Shown here piece after piece: positions 1-57,472 of a DNA stretch of 64,000 bases; position 1 is the first letter of the stretch; each line of letters begins with the position of its first letter. The translations under genes were made by a program, and so were the position numbers. Source of the DNA: Octopus sinensis. Lineage: Eukaryota. Below the pieces are notes generated by a model. That model was not told the DNA's origin. It did not search any database and saw only the letters and a list, made by a program, of their open reading frames with translations. The stretch covers positions 66,030,001-66,094,000 of the forward strand of contig NC_043002.1 of the NCBI RefSeq assembly GCF_006345805.1. The letters are read 5' to 3'.

Positions 1-7
1 TCTAGCT

Positions 8-43666
<43,659 letters not shown>

Positions 43667-43899
43667 CTATATTGAAAAGAATTGAAAATGACAGGATATT
43701 AAAAATGCAAGCTGAATAAATTTATGATGGGACAACAATTTGATAAAATAAAAGGTCATGTGCATTTTTTCTCTATAAAACAAAAACAAGCATGCCCTAA
43801 CATGGTTTCAACTGGCTTGCTTAAAACTAGAATAAAAAGAGCCAATTATTTTTTATTGACTTCTTTGTATGCAGAAAAATACAGATTAATATATTTTAA

Positions 43900-44120
43900 C
43901 CCTTTAGCATTCAGATTATTCTGTCAAATGTAAAGCTTATTTATTCACATTATTTTGAATTAATCATGTATTATTTCGCAATTTTCAGATTTCAGTGATG
44001 TTACTGTTTATGTTTAGAATGACAAATATTGGGTAGATGGGAGAGGCCAGAGCTGGCCAGTTTGAACATAAAACAGGTAGAATATCTGGGTTGGATATGG
44101 CCAGATTAAATGCTCAAGGG
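43900..44120. mobile_element. piggyBac-type MITE, same family as 23045-23260, opposite orientation
   Basis: TTAA-CCCTTTAGCATT ... AATGCTCAAGGG-TTAA; interior matches the reverse complement of 23045-23260. Confidence 0.85.
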
Positions 44121-44679
44121 TTAATATATTCTGTTTAATATATATTTTACTGGTGTCAGTCATTTAACTGAAGTTAGGGACATTTTCTTCAACAGTTTGG
44201 TCATACACATCTCAGTACTTATACTAATCTTGCACTCATTTCAATAAATCTCTTTTTCTTAAGGTCAAAAACAAACACCAGACGCAGTTTGTAATGATCA
44301 AATTCTAATTACATAGATATCAATGGTCAACCTGTGGTTGTACTACTAGAACACATCTGTACAAGGCTGCAAAGTTAACTTCTTAACCATACTGACATGC
44401 CTGGGGTGATGCAAATGACTCCTGAGCATTTTTACATCTGATTCCTCCATACTGCTATGTGCAAGAGGAGAGTTCACAAGGCAGTCATCTATTATTAGAT
44501 ACCCTTCTATTACTTGTTTTCAAATAAGATACTTTATTCCAATGGTCTTTGCATATCAAACTGTCAAGTGGAATGTTTTGTAGATGGGATGACAAATGTC
44601 ACTGCTGCACAAAGATACATAAAGACAAAAAAACAAACACACAAAAGCTTCCATATAGTTCCAAGTGATATTGGTTGAC

Positions 44680-44788
44680 CGGAGGCTATAAAGGAGTCAC
44701 GTGACCAAGGGGTCGTGTCATCTATCAGATTCAAAGCCATATGGTTGTGAAGCAAATTTCTCAAAGACACAGCAATACCACAAATAAA
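44680..44788 (-). CDS. OGT: Candidate first coding exon of OGT: ATG at 44740, MALNLIDDTTPWSRDSFIAS(G)
   Basis: CAG acceptor at 44791-44789; phase-1 end (TCC G|GTCAAC) joins E2 in frame. The peptide loosely parallels human [23 protein letters not shown]. The donor is weak and there is no transcript evidence. Confidence 0.4.
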
Positions 44789-45410
44789 CTGAAGTTACAG
44801 AGAGTACTCAATGTCAAGTAGACTAGATACAATTACTTTATCTTAAATGAAGTTGACAACCTTTACATTATTTCAACTAAACTTGCCAGGCTGATCATGT
44901 TATCAACAAAGCATTTCCAACATTAACAATAGTCAGTAGCACAAGAGACACATTGTAAACTTTCAGCTTCTTTATGCCTGATAGTATATCAACAAAGAAA
45001 TATTTCCAGCATTAATTTTATTTTTACATTGGTAAACAGAACATATAAACTTCAGGCAGTTCTTATTTACATTCAATAGCTTAAAGTAGCTCTTTACTAG
45101 ATTGCCCTGTAGAAATTGCTTTCATGCAAGCATCTTAATATCTCAGACTTTCTACATAAAGCATTTGTTAATTTTGTCATTTGTTATTTTAAACCAAACA
45201 TAGCTGGCATTACTTTGTATGGTATGCGAGATACAATGCCATCAAAATTATAACTAGCTTCAATAGCCAAACATAACTAGATACGTTTGTGGCATTCCTC
45301 TTTTCCCCATTCCTGAATATGGACGGGAAAAATAGCCTTCACGTGTACCAATGCAAGAGTGTGCATTTTAGTTTTAGCTTTCATTTTCTATCAAGAGGAT
45401 AGGTCTATTT

Positions 45411-45883
45411 CAGGGGTGGGGAAACTTTTTAATGGGACAGGAAAAAATTTCCAAAGAAAAAGGTCCGTAGGCGAATCATAAATTCTAACTCTTATAAGTG
45501 TAAATCTTGTATATATAATGCATAACATTATTAACACTGTCACTGAATTTAGAACATTTATATTACTTATGAGGTATTCTATATTTTTCAGCTAGAGTGT
45601 AGTTGGCTCTCAAGGGGGTGGTAAAAAAACTAGTAATATGCGTGTTATAGTAAAAACAATATTTCCATTCAAATGGCAATTACTGGACAATTTCCTGTTC
45701 GAGTCTAACCATTTTAAGTCACAGTGGAAAAACAACCTATGTCAGAAATAGGCATATATTATATAAATTTTATAAATGAAAAATTTACTAAAATTTGTAC
45801 CTACGAGTATACCAGCCTGCGGGCACAATAAAATGGACTCGCTGATGCAATTGGAAACTCAGGTAGGAGTTTCCCCACCCCTG
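45411..45883. mobile_element. hAT-type MITE (473 bp)
   Basis: Perfect 16-bp TIR CAGGGGTGGGGAAACT; 8-bp TSD GTCTATTT / GTCTGTTT (1 mismatch). Confidence 0.9.
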
Positions 45884-48659
45884 GTCTGTTTAGTCCAGTA
45901 ATGACATTCAGCTACTACAAACTACTTCCCCTGTATTTCACAGAAAATGGTGCCCAATATTTTCCCATTTGGTACACTGACCTCAGCAATCAGTGTTGAA
46001 TAATTTTCAGTTCTTATGATTGATCACAGAGTACTCATAATTAGCATCAAGAAATTTCCTGTCATGTTCTAAAATTTTATTAAAGGGAAATATTAAACCA
46101 GATATTTATGCTTGTTCAATTTGCTGCACCAGCTCAGGTAAGAGAAGATTTGTTTTTAAACATGCTTCTAATGCGTAACTAATAATTGGCAGCTTTATGA
46201 GAAGTTACCTTATATGACAGTATAAGGTAACTTATAATGTAACAGTATATCTTTTTTGTTACCAGAGTTCTACTGAAATTCTGTTTTAAATAACTTCAAA
46301 AATGATGAATTCAGTAAAATAACCGTCATTATAAAGCTACTGTTTGCAAAGTTTTAAATCACATCACTTCAAAAAGTTTATATCACAGAACCAGGGGTAG
46401 TCTCAGTTGAGCTGGTAACAAAAGAGGTTAACATTCTTTTATATTACTAAAGTATTTGAGATATTGCAAGAGTAAGCAGAATCTTAATTTACATACAATT
46501 TTTGACATCATAGTTTATCATTATTTTCAACCTACACTTAACATCAATTATCTTTCCTTTAAAGAAGAAAGCAACATTGCAAGTGAATGATACAGCACAG
46601 ATAAGACCGAAGTCTCCTGAAACAGGAAATAAAACAGAGTTTGCTGAATGGCTGTAGCTTCATGGACAAGAGAATGATTATCATTTCATCTTGTAAAGTT
46701 ATATACACCAAGTAAACAACTTTTAAAGAATTTAGCAAGAATTCTATAACAATGTACACATAATCATCCATGAAGCTACTGAAGAGAGATGGTGTTTACA
46801 AGATTCTTGATTGATGGACAAACCTAATGAGGAGTATAGCTGGCTAGTAGAAACAGCTTGTACATGTAGAAAACGTACATTTAAAATTCAAGAAATTGAG
46901 GGTTGTCACAGGTATGTTTTGCAGCAGAATCAAATTCTCTTGAAGTGGCCATATTTTGTTTACACACATCAAGACATTTATAATGTCGATAGTCATGTAG
47001 ACTGCGTAATTATAATGATCAACCCATGCTACATACTCAAACATTTGTTGGTACATGCAAGCACTGAGAATTTCAAACTTAAAGCAAGTTTTCAGCAGAT
47101 GTGACATGCATTTTATTTTTTATTTTTTTGCAACTCATGAGTGTGTAAGAAATATATTGAAACACATCTGAGGATGATAGAACAATATTAGATATATATA
47201 TTGTTTTAAGCCCAAAGCATTTACTGTTTTCATTTTCATCCTATCACACATCCCTTTCATCACTATCATTTATGTTTATTACTTTAGCTTCTCATTCTCT
47301 TTAAAGAGGCAGACAAAGCGAGTAAAGATCCTTTAGTTATGATAAGATCATGGTTACCTCTCAAGAACTGTTGTCACAAAAGAAAACACACCTAGTGCAC
47401 TCTGTAATGCAGCTGATGTTAGGAAGGGCAACTGGTCATAGAAATCAAACCAAACGAAAATGAATTCAGCAAGATGATGTCACCCCCTACATTGACTATT
47501 CATTACCTCTATAGCTGATGAGCAGAAATAATGGGGTAAATTGCATTTGTGTTACAGATAGATTTAAGATAAAATGAAAATACTGTGTGAATGATACTAT
47601 GATATAGAGTTATTTAACACTTGTTTTTCTGTACTAGCATGGCTTGAACAAGAAACTGATTTTGAGGCAGGGTTCAGCAACCAGATGCTCTTCCACTCAC
47701 CAGCCCTTTTTATATTCCACTGGTTTTCAGAAGTGCAGAGGGACCAGTTATGTCAACAAGGAATGTAAAAATTAGCACTATTAAAATTAGCACTATTATG
47801 TTTACATAGAGACAAACAAAATATCAAGATTCACACACACATGGAAGGCTTAATTAAGTTTCTGTCAACCACATTCACTCACAAGGTACTGATCAACCTA
47901 GAGCAATGGTAGATGACACTTGCCCCAAATTACTGTACTATGAGGCTGGATCCAAAACCAAGAGATTGCAAAGCAAACTCCTCAATCACACAGCTAATGC
48001 CTGACATATTTTATATCTGATATATATTTTACAGATCACATTTATATAATATAGATATAGGTAATCTGTCATGTTTGTTATTATCAGTGAGTGTTGTTTG
48101 TTTATGGCACAGGATTGGCAGATTATTGATGGCAGAGAAAAGAACAGTGAGAGAGAGACAATCAGATAGGCAAAGCAAAAAGAAAGACAGAAAAAGGGGA
48201 CAAATAGACAAAAGTAAGAGTAGTGCAATAGAAAAAGAATGGTTATGGATCAAATAAATTTCTTGACAAGAAAGAATGAAATATAGCATGTGTGTAGGTT
48301 TACATACATACATACATACATATCCCCATCAGATTTACACAAAACACACTAAAACAACTGTGAAAGTGTTCAATGAAAATTTGAAATATCCCATAAATTT
48401 GTTTTTGAGGCTTTGTATTGGACCATGAGATCAGCAATATATGTAGTCATAGCAGGTGACTTTCAGTCATCCTAACAGCCATAAAATCTCATATCAGAAG
48501 CTACTTGAACCTGAATTTAAGGAGGTATGTTAAGAAATTTAAACTGAATACAACAAGAGAAGCAACTTCAGTTCACAAACAGAAAGAAAAATAAATATTT
48601 TTTCCCAAAATTCAAGACATCTATCACAATCACAAATGTCTATAATTAAAAAAAAAGCA

Positions 48660-48870
48660 ACACTTGCCCAAACCAAAAGGATGTTAAAATGATCAATGAA
48701 CAATTCAAGTTGCATAAAGATAAATTTATTTACAAGCCTATAGACAAATTTTCAAATGCCAAATGAACAGTAAATTACTCTGTTGAGTTCCTAAACAACT
48801 TGAAGGTATTTGCTACACCACATCACAAGTATTACAAATTATTCTTCTCAGGAACTTGGATGCACATGTC
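48660..48870 (+). mobile_element. Helitron PIF1-type helicase relic
   Basis: Translates KDVKMINEQF...VNYSVEFLNNLKVFATPHHK, then after a frameshift IILLRNLD, resembling the Helitron helicase motif NYPxEFLNSL...PPH...IILLRNL. Confidence 0.7.
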
Positions 48871-49549
48871 ATCTGATCGAAGCAATAAAACAAAGGCTGG
48901 TGAGCACTTATCACAAGACTTTTAATCATTTGAATTTAAAAGCTTGCAATTTCCAGTGCCTATGTAAACAAACACAAGGACACATATCTACTTAGATTCA
49001 CACACAACTTTTCCTGATACCTTTTACATACTTAGAAAGGATATGGTATACACCTGAATACATTGAAGAAAAAAACTAAAAGTAATTCACTAGCAATAAT
49101 TATATAGAATAGTCTCTTGTTTTTCAGACAGAATAAATATAATGCCATCAAAATATAAGTTTCACAAACTTGAAATAATAAAATATTTCTTTTTACATCA
49201 GTATTTATATTTAAGTATCTATATTTATGACACAATATACACACTTCCAAAACCAGGTTTTGTACTGAAAAAGTAAACAGTCACTCCCTTCGATAAATAA
49301 ATTACACTTCCGGATGCCTACTGAGCATATAAAACTAATGAAGCCCATCCCTCTCTAGGTCCAATCACAATCAATTTCTTCCAGAAAGACAGATACACAC
49401 ACACACACACACACACAGAAAAAGAGAAGTATCAATAAATAATTTGGGATGAGAGGTAAAGTTGAACTCTATATTTCATTTTAAAGAATAGAGAAACGAA
49501 GGAAACCTAAGGCATTGTATATAATATTCAAATGCCTGCAAAATCATTA

Positions 49550-49583
<34 letters not shown>

Positions 49584-49592
49584 CATGCAGTA

Positions 49593-50788
49593 TATGGTGT
49601 TCAGGCTAAATCTGACAATGTTTTGTCTCCATTTTTCAGGAACAGCTTAATGTATTGGTGAACAGTCAACAGCATTGGAGAGCATAATGGTTGAAGTTTT
49701 AGTTAAGAAAAAGTTAGCTGACATGGAGGACTGAAAGCCAACTGAATATTGAAAATAAGTTATTAGTATCATGATGATCTGTACCAAGTAGCAAAATGCT
49801 AACATCATAACTGCTGCTTAATGCTCTGTGAATACTGTAAAGGCTGTAAGGTGTGACAGAAATCTGCAATAGAGACTACAAAGCCATGGCTAGCAGGAAG
49901 GGACACAGCAGACATTCTGACTGCATTCATGTTAGAATTCATCCAACAACAGCAGGATAAGATGAAAAATCCAATAAAAAGAATCCAGGTTTTGGCAAGG
50001 GAAACTTGGAAGTTGCCCTAAATGAGGACCTTCACTACCACACAAACAAGAGGCACAAGGCCAAGGAGAACCACTTAATGAAAGCAAAGAAGCTCCTGAA
50101 CAAGCTGAGGCATCCTGGTGAAATTGGAGATGATCTGTTTTTTTCAGATGAAAAGAACTTCTGCCAGGACCAGATTCATAACACCCAGAACAGGTGGCTT
50201 GCCTACAAACCAAGTGCTATCCCACATATCATAAAAACCAAGTTCCCTCAAACTGATTGTCTTGAGGGAAGTTCCCTCAAACTCTGATGGTCTTAGGTGT
50301 CAAGTGGGGGAAACGTCATGCTGCCCCACATCTTTGAACAGGCACTTGGGTTCAATTCAGATGTCGCCATAAAGCTGCTGAAAGGCCATATGTGTGGTAG
50401 TAGGATTCAGCTCCTAACCATACCTCCAAAAAAAGAGTTAAAAGTAGTTACTGGAGAATTTCTACAATTTTGGCAGCCCGAATTTCTGGCCACTTAATTC
50501 CCGTGATTATAATCCTATTGTTTATTATGTGTTGAGTACAGTTGAGAACGACAACAATCACTCTACCTACAACACTGTCGAGCAAATGGTCAAAATCAAG
50601 GTGTTCGAAGATCTTCCAAGGGACACCATAAAGAAGACTATGTTGGAAGCTGAGGATGGTTACCTTGAGTAAACTTATCTCCAAACCATAATCTTGATAT
50701 TTTTTGAGTTTTTAAAATACTTATTTTTGAACTGGATATTCATGTCTTTTCCTTTTATGCGAACTGTCAAATTTGGCCAGAACACCCT
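49593..50788 (+). mobile_element. Decayed Tc1/mariner-superfamily transposon (maT/DD37D-like)
   Basis: Imperfect TIRs (GGTGTTCAGGCTAAATCTGACA / TGTCAAATTTGGCCAGAACACC); LFFSDEKNF, NTQNRW, KTKFPQTVMV and NFWPLNSRDYNP fragments. Confidence 0.8.
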
Positions 50789-51389
50789 TAGGTAAATATT
50801 TTGAATATAGGTGTAAGTATATATACATCAATAACTATATGTACATATATATATATAAATATTTGTATGCATGTGAATATATTTATATATACAATTTATA
50901 TATATGTGTGAGGGTTGGTATTATGAAGGATATCTAGCCATAGAAATCTTACTAAAGGTGCCAATGAAGCACAAAGTAGCACTCTGGTTCATTGGATCAC
51001 GTCAAACCATTTATCCCATGTTAACATGGAATATAGATATTAAACGGTGATGACGATAATGATGTGCATATGTGTGTCTACATGTTTATATTTATGCTTA
51101 CACGTGTATGTAAGATCATACAGCAATGTCTGAAGACATCTGTTTATTTATGCATATTTATTAACACCAACACAAGTACATGTATTTGTTAGTGTACACA
51201 TTTACATGTGGATAGGTATATGAATATATACCAGTGTGCGTGTGTATAAAATCAGGTTTTGTATTTTACATATATATATATGCTTAAAACACCTGGCGGA
51301 ATGGGATTTGGACTAATATTGCTGTCCACAAGGAAGTCAGACCCAACGACTGGTGCAGCAGTACCAAAGTCAACTGCAACAAAGACAGA

Positions 51390-52440
51390 AATAGTTACAT
51401 AGGTATGAAACTGCTGGACCAGGTAATGAAAGATACAGAGAGGGTTACAGCTCAACTAATTAGGAAGAGAGTTAGCCTAAATGAGATGCAGTTTGGTTTT
51501 GTGTCTGAGAGAAGCATGACTGATGCTATATTCCTGATAAAGCAACTGCAGAAGTATTTAGCTGTCGAAATCGAGAAAACCTTTGACAGGGTTCTCTACC
51601 CACTTACTTGGTGGTCAATGCGGAAGCTAGGGACAGAGGAGTGGTTAGCTGTACAAACCATACAAACCATGTACAGGGATGCTGCCAGTAAGTATAGCAA
51701 TGAATTCAATATACAGGTAGGAGTTCACCAAGGATCAGTTCTCAGCCCCCACTTGTCGACACATACGAGGTGTAGCAGAATCACAGGAAGGTTAACAGAA
51801 AATAGTCTGTGTGAACAAATGTGCAGGTACAATACGCACTAAAAATGTGCAGGCAATCGACTCCCACAAATGCTCAGGTGATCATTAGAAGTAGTAGATA
51901 GCTTCTGTTACCTAGGCGACCAAGTTAGCAGTGGAGGAGGAAGTTCTGAATGTGTAGTTGCTAGAATAAGTACAGAATGGGCAAAGTTCAGACAGCTTCT
52001 ACCTTTATTGGTAACAAAGGGCCTCTCTCTCAGAGAGAGAGAGGCAGATTGTATGATGCCTGTGCATATACTGCTATGTTACATGGCAGTGAGACATGGG
52101 TTATGACTACAGAAGACTTGTGAAGGCTTGAAAGAAAGGAAGCTAACATGCTCCACTGGAGGGGTAATATCAGTGTTCACACATGACAGATTGTAAATGA
52201 TTTAAGAGGAAAACTACATATATGAAGCAGCAGATGTGTGCAAGAGAGAAGACTGCATTGGTTTGGTCACATGATGTGTATGGATGAGGACAGCCAAATA
52301 AAGTGCCAAGTTCTAACTGTGGAAGGAACCTGGGGAAGGGGTAGGCCCAGGAAGACATGGGGCAAAGTGTTAAGAAAGAATCTTCAGACACTGAAGAAAT
52401 GACAAAAGCACGAGAGTTATGGCGATTCGTTGTACTAGAG
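51390..52440 (+). mobile_element. RTE-clade LINE reverse-transcriptase 3' fragment
   Basis: NEMQFGF...TDAIFLIKQLQ, VGVHQGSVLSP, VDSFCYLG, LHGSETW, LHWFGHM, GRGRPRKTW with deletions and frameshifts. Confidence 0.88.
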
Positions 52441-53089
52441 AAGACGTGTCAAGCCAAGTAAATTCAGTGTCATCCACACATACAAGCCTGTCCTTTTCAG
52501 GTGCTGGTACCACACAAAATGCACACACATTGGTGCTGTGTAAACGCACTCAGCACACTCAAAGTGGTTAGCATCAGGAAGGACATGAAGCCATGCCACA
52601 AGAGACAATTGGAGTCTGGACAGCTCTTGTGAAGCCATCCAACTCATGCTAGCATGGAAAACTGACTTTAAACAACGGTGATGTGATATCTATATACACA
52701 CAAAATGTACGTATGTATACTAACCAATAAAGATGTACAATAAAGCTATAATTGCGCACGCATATACATGCATCCAACTGCTAATGAGGAAAAAAAATCT
52801 ATATTAACATCAAATAATAATACCTAATTTCTACAAAGCCAGTAAAAATTCATAATTGAAAATATTCAAAGGTAACATTTAAACAAAAATCATTGAATCT
52901 GACCTTTCACTGACCTGTTGCGCACGCACGCACACACATCTTAAATTATCCTATTCTACCACACCCAATCTTGGATCTATCATTGCAGCCAATAATAGAC
53001 AAACTTAGAAATAAAACCAATAGAGATAACTTAGCTGACCCTAACACAAAGAACAATAATAAGAGCATGGATATTAAAAATAGTAAGAC

Positions 53090-53530
53090 TAAACCAGGAA
53101 ACAAAATAAAAACAATTGTCGTAATAGGGAATTTTGTCCCCTTAAAGGCTCCGTTTAAGGAGAAATACCATATATAAAGTTGAAGCCTCAGTCCTAAATG
53201 AACCTAAAAAGATTTACAAAGGTAGTACAACTGACTTCATAAGTAGATAGATATAGGGTGCATATAAACTCTTTCACTAACCACAAAACAAAAAATTCAA
53301 CCACACTAGCAACATACATCAATAAATTAAAAATGAACAATAAAGAATTCAGTCTGGATTGGTCTATAAAGGAAGTCACACCATATAATACACACACGAA
53401 GAATTGTGATTTATGCACGAAGGAGACAATCCACATAATCAAAGCCAACAAAAATAGGCTTCTTAAGATATCTGATGTTATAATTACCTGTAGACACAAA
53501 TATCTCCAACTTTTAAATTTTTTAAACTTT
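53090..53530 (+). mobile_element. Penelope-like element GIY-YIG endonuclease fragment
   Basis: NCRNREFCPLKG, IYKVEAS..KIYKGST, HINSF..STTLATYI..L..DWSI...CDLCTKE...CRHK pattern. Confidence 0.75.
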
Positions 53531-55319
53531 CACCAAAAATAAATAAACTATAGGATCCTAATCTAGCCTTACTTCATATTATGGACTCTTCAAAAAACTT
53601 TATACTATATATAGTGTTATAATGCACTTTAGCCTTTTAACATCATCTCCTTGAAGAGAATGGTCCGATTAAACATTCAGTTTTTAAAAATCATCTAACC
53701 TACCATTTCTTTTAAAGTTTTAACCTTGTGAATCTATTAACTCTGATGAGAGAAATATAGAGAATTACTATGGTTGGAGTTAGCTCACCCATAGAACCTA
53801 TATCTTTTTGAAACTGTAAGGTTTTATACATGTTTTAGACCCTTATGAACCATTTTACATTCGTTTATTATCTTCCTCTTCAGTGATTCAAATTCGAACG
53901 TTAGGACTTTGCAAGTACATTTATGGACTTATATTTTTATATGTTTATGAATTTTTATATATTTATAAATTTTCATGTATATGTGTATATAAATTCTTAG
54001 AAATTTTTTTATATATCATATAGATGAATGCATCTATGTATGTACTTTGTATACCATGGAGAATTTTGTTAATATGGATTGAATGAATATATACATCGAC
54101 CTTTGAATTTGTCTTCTCTCCTTCTTTAATTTTATATTCCTGAAGCTCTATCAGAGTGCTAATTGGTTCTGTATAAATTGGATATCTATATCACTTATTT
54201 CTTCATTGTTATATATACATATATATATACATACATACACGTAGACACACGCTTGAATGAACCATAACAATAGCTTAAAAATCAACCATTAATTTCCAAC
54301 ACTATAACCGTCTACCCATCCAACTGAATTCAACAAGCTTTCAACACTAATGAATGTGACCTGCACAAATCAAACTTCCAGCACCTGTATTTGTATACAT
54401 GCTTGGATGAGTCATCACAATAATTATCTATAATTCAACCAATTCTATAACTAGCTATAATTCAACTAATTTAGCAGAAGCCACCCAAACAGGTTCAACA
54501 GAGCTTTAACCCTTTTGATACCAACCCACCCAAGACTGCCCTTGGTTCTGTGTAACAAACATCCTATTCAAAGTGATTTAAATGAAAATCTTCCATCAAA
54601 TTTTCATGTTAATTCAGGTTCCAAATTCTAGCTTAACAATGACAGTTATTTTACTAAATTCATATATTCAAACTCAATTGAAATAAAGGCAGTGCAATTC
54701 AACAGAAATTTCAGAACAAACTTTTTGTTACCAACCAGATTGCATTACCCATAAAGATATTTTTTCATCTACCACATAAACATATTACACTACATTGTTC
54801 CCCACCACCCAAGATTAACTTCAAAAAGTCCACAAGGTCACACAAAATTCATTGCAGTAGATTTTCTATAGCTAAATGCCCTTCTTGTTTACAAGTAACT
54901 TCACATTTCCTCATGGCCAAACATTTTTACGGAAAGCTGCTTGGGTGACAGTAATGCTTGTATACACAACTGCACACTCTCCTCTCATTGCTTCCAACTG
55001 GGGTAGCCATGTATCTCTCTATGCAAAATACCAGTTTCTATCCCTCTATTATAATCTAACCTTTCATCACCTGGAACAAGGTCATCTTCCTCTGTACTAC
55101 TTCCCCCTTAGTTGGGGATCTTTTCTTGCAAGTTACTTGGTGACCTTGTTGGTGCCACATAAAAAGCACCCAGTATAATCTGTAAAGTAGTTGGCATTAG
55201 GAAGGGGATTCAGCCATAGAAGCTATGCCAAAGCAAACTGTAGAGCTTGGCAGTCTTCTGGTTTGCTAGCTGCTGTTAAACCATCCAACTCATGCCAGCA
55301 TGGAAGGAAAACATTAAAT

Positions 55320-56140
55320 GATGGGCTTCTTTCAGTTTCTGTTTACTAAATCCATTCACAAGGATTTAATTGAAAAGGGGCTATAGTAGAAGACACTTAA
55401 CCAAAGTATCATGCATAGAACCACAGAGCTGGGAAGCAAGCTTCTAAACCACACCTCCATGTCTGTGGATGTGTGTGTACAAATGGTTGACTGCTGCTAT
55501 TCAAGGGGAGATAATCACTTCTAGCTTTAAGCACATGTGTGTGTGTGTATATTCACACACACACACAACCAACCACTCAGATGTATATGTGTGTGAGAGA
55601 GAGCACAGCAGACGAAGAAAAGCTGTGACACTGCCAGCACAATTTGAATACTCAACAATGATTAACACTTCTGTGATAACCACTACACCAAAGCAACATC
55701 ACTACTTAGAGATATCATACATAAAAAGAAAAAACTATTTTAAACTAGCCTTGGAACTATGTAGATTTTACAAAATATAGATGTCTAATATCTATTCTAT
55801 AGATGCTAGACATAACTATCTGATCAGTCAACTGACTTCATTAACAAAATACTTTAACTCATATATATACACTTAGTTGTTTGTCTATTGAGTGCAGACA
55901 TGTTGGAGTACCGCCTTGGAGAGTTTTAGTCGAACAATCAACTCCACGACTTGTGTTTTTTAAGCCGAGTACTTATTCTATTGGTCTCTTTTGCCCAACA
56001 GCTAAGTTACAGGGACAAAAACAAACCAGGTCAGCCCAAAGTTATAGTAGAAGACACTTGCCCAAGGTGCCATGCAGTGGGACTGAACCTTGAGCCATGT
56101 GGTTGAGAAACAAGCTTCTTACCACACAACCACAACTGCA
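55320..56140 (-). mobile_element. tRNA-head SINE copies in reverse orientation
   Basis: CTTCTTTCAGTTTC..CTA.CAAATCCA..CACAAGG...AGAAGACACTTGCCCAAGGTGCC..GCAGTGGGACTGAACC...GCTTCTTACCACAC. Further copies at about 5800-5910, 39410-39700, 47850-47995 and 58970-59110. Confidence 0.65.
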
Positions 56141-56824
56141 CCTATATACATAGAGCCTTTTGTAGATTTTATAAGAACTAGACTGTCAACCTCAGTACTG
56201 ACATCACAGGTTTGATTTCATCTGAGCCATTTCACTTTAATCCAGTGTACCTCTGACTTACATCTTATCACTACATGTCTCACATTCACCACCCACACAT
56301 CACCTTCTTTTCCTTCATCTTTCCCTCATCTACTCTATTACTATTTTGTTACTTTTCACCCTTTCTGAACTGTCAGCCACTCCTTTCTCTTGCCTACCTC
56401 CCTTCTAACACAGTTTCCACTAACTCCCACTCCACTCCTGTTCACTACTCCCATCTCTAGCCATCTCTCATTCAGCCCATACACTCCTGCAATCTATCTG
56501 ACTTGTACCCACACTTTTATTCGCCTTGTACTTGAGACCAAAGATATCATTGCAATTATTTCTAGTTCTCTCTCTAATCCGCTCCAACCTAATTACTCAC
56601 CCACGCATACATAATGTGAGGTATCCATATATCTCCTCTACAGCAAGAAACTTGTTCTCATCCCTTCTATCATACTTTAACCACTAAACACCTCATGTAA
56701 AATTGCCCTCCTCTTTACCAAACACCCAATCAGACAAGAGTCCTCTATAGTATTGGTGCCATGAAAAAATTACAGTTAACTGTAATGTTCTTGGCATTAC
56801 AAAGAATATCCAGGTGTAGAGGCT

Positions 56825-57472
56825 ATCGTTTAATGTCTGCCTTCCATGCTGGGACAGTTTGACAGGAACCAACCAGACAGAGACTGCACCAAACTTCTGT
56901 GACTCTTTTGGCAGGATTTTTACAGTTGAATACCCTTCCTAACACCAACCACTCAGCAGAGTGTACTTTTTACATTGCACAAGCACAGGCAAGGTCAGTT
57001 TTGGCAAAGGTTTTTACAGCTAGATGCTGTAAATGCTGAGAGAGAAAGAGAGAGAGAGAGGGAGAGGGAGACAGAAGACATTGGCAAAAGGCAACATTTT
57101 TAGATAGAGCTCAAATCAATTTAAAGGACCTCAGTTCACAACTGCCCAAGAGAGACAAAAAGCAAAGCTGCCAGATTTTAACAAAATTCTGAAAAGCATT
57201 TTCTCATGTTCTGCCATTGAAGCTATCCTCTTACATAATTTTTGTTAATCAACAGTGTCTAGTTTCAACTTCTGCCGGTCAAAAAAGAACAAATTCTAAA
57301 GGGATGATTAGACACTAAAAAATATTGAGCAGAGTGGGTAGGAGTTAGAGTTGCGAAGAGATGATGAAAGGATAAAACTTTAAGCTCTGAGTGGGAGTAG
57401 AATGACATTTACTAGTTCAGAGAAGTCATAATGGTGGGAGAAGAGATAGTTCTTATATATGTGGGATTGGTG
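56825..57472. repeat. Inverted-repeat arm B (partner 41083-41680)
   Basis: As for arm A; carries an expanded (GA)n at about 57048-57073. Confidence 0.92.

Noticed and set aside
43667-43714. Upstream in-frame acceptor for E2 adding 15 aa
   Set aside because: The added sequence is simply the pyrimidine tract and has no convincing tract of its own.
46560-47110. ORFs 46559..47107 as a nested gene or Helitron Rep relic
   Set aside because: Multiple stops, only faint motif resemblance (EFAEWL), and no splice structure.
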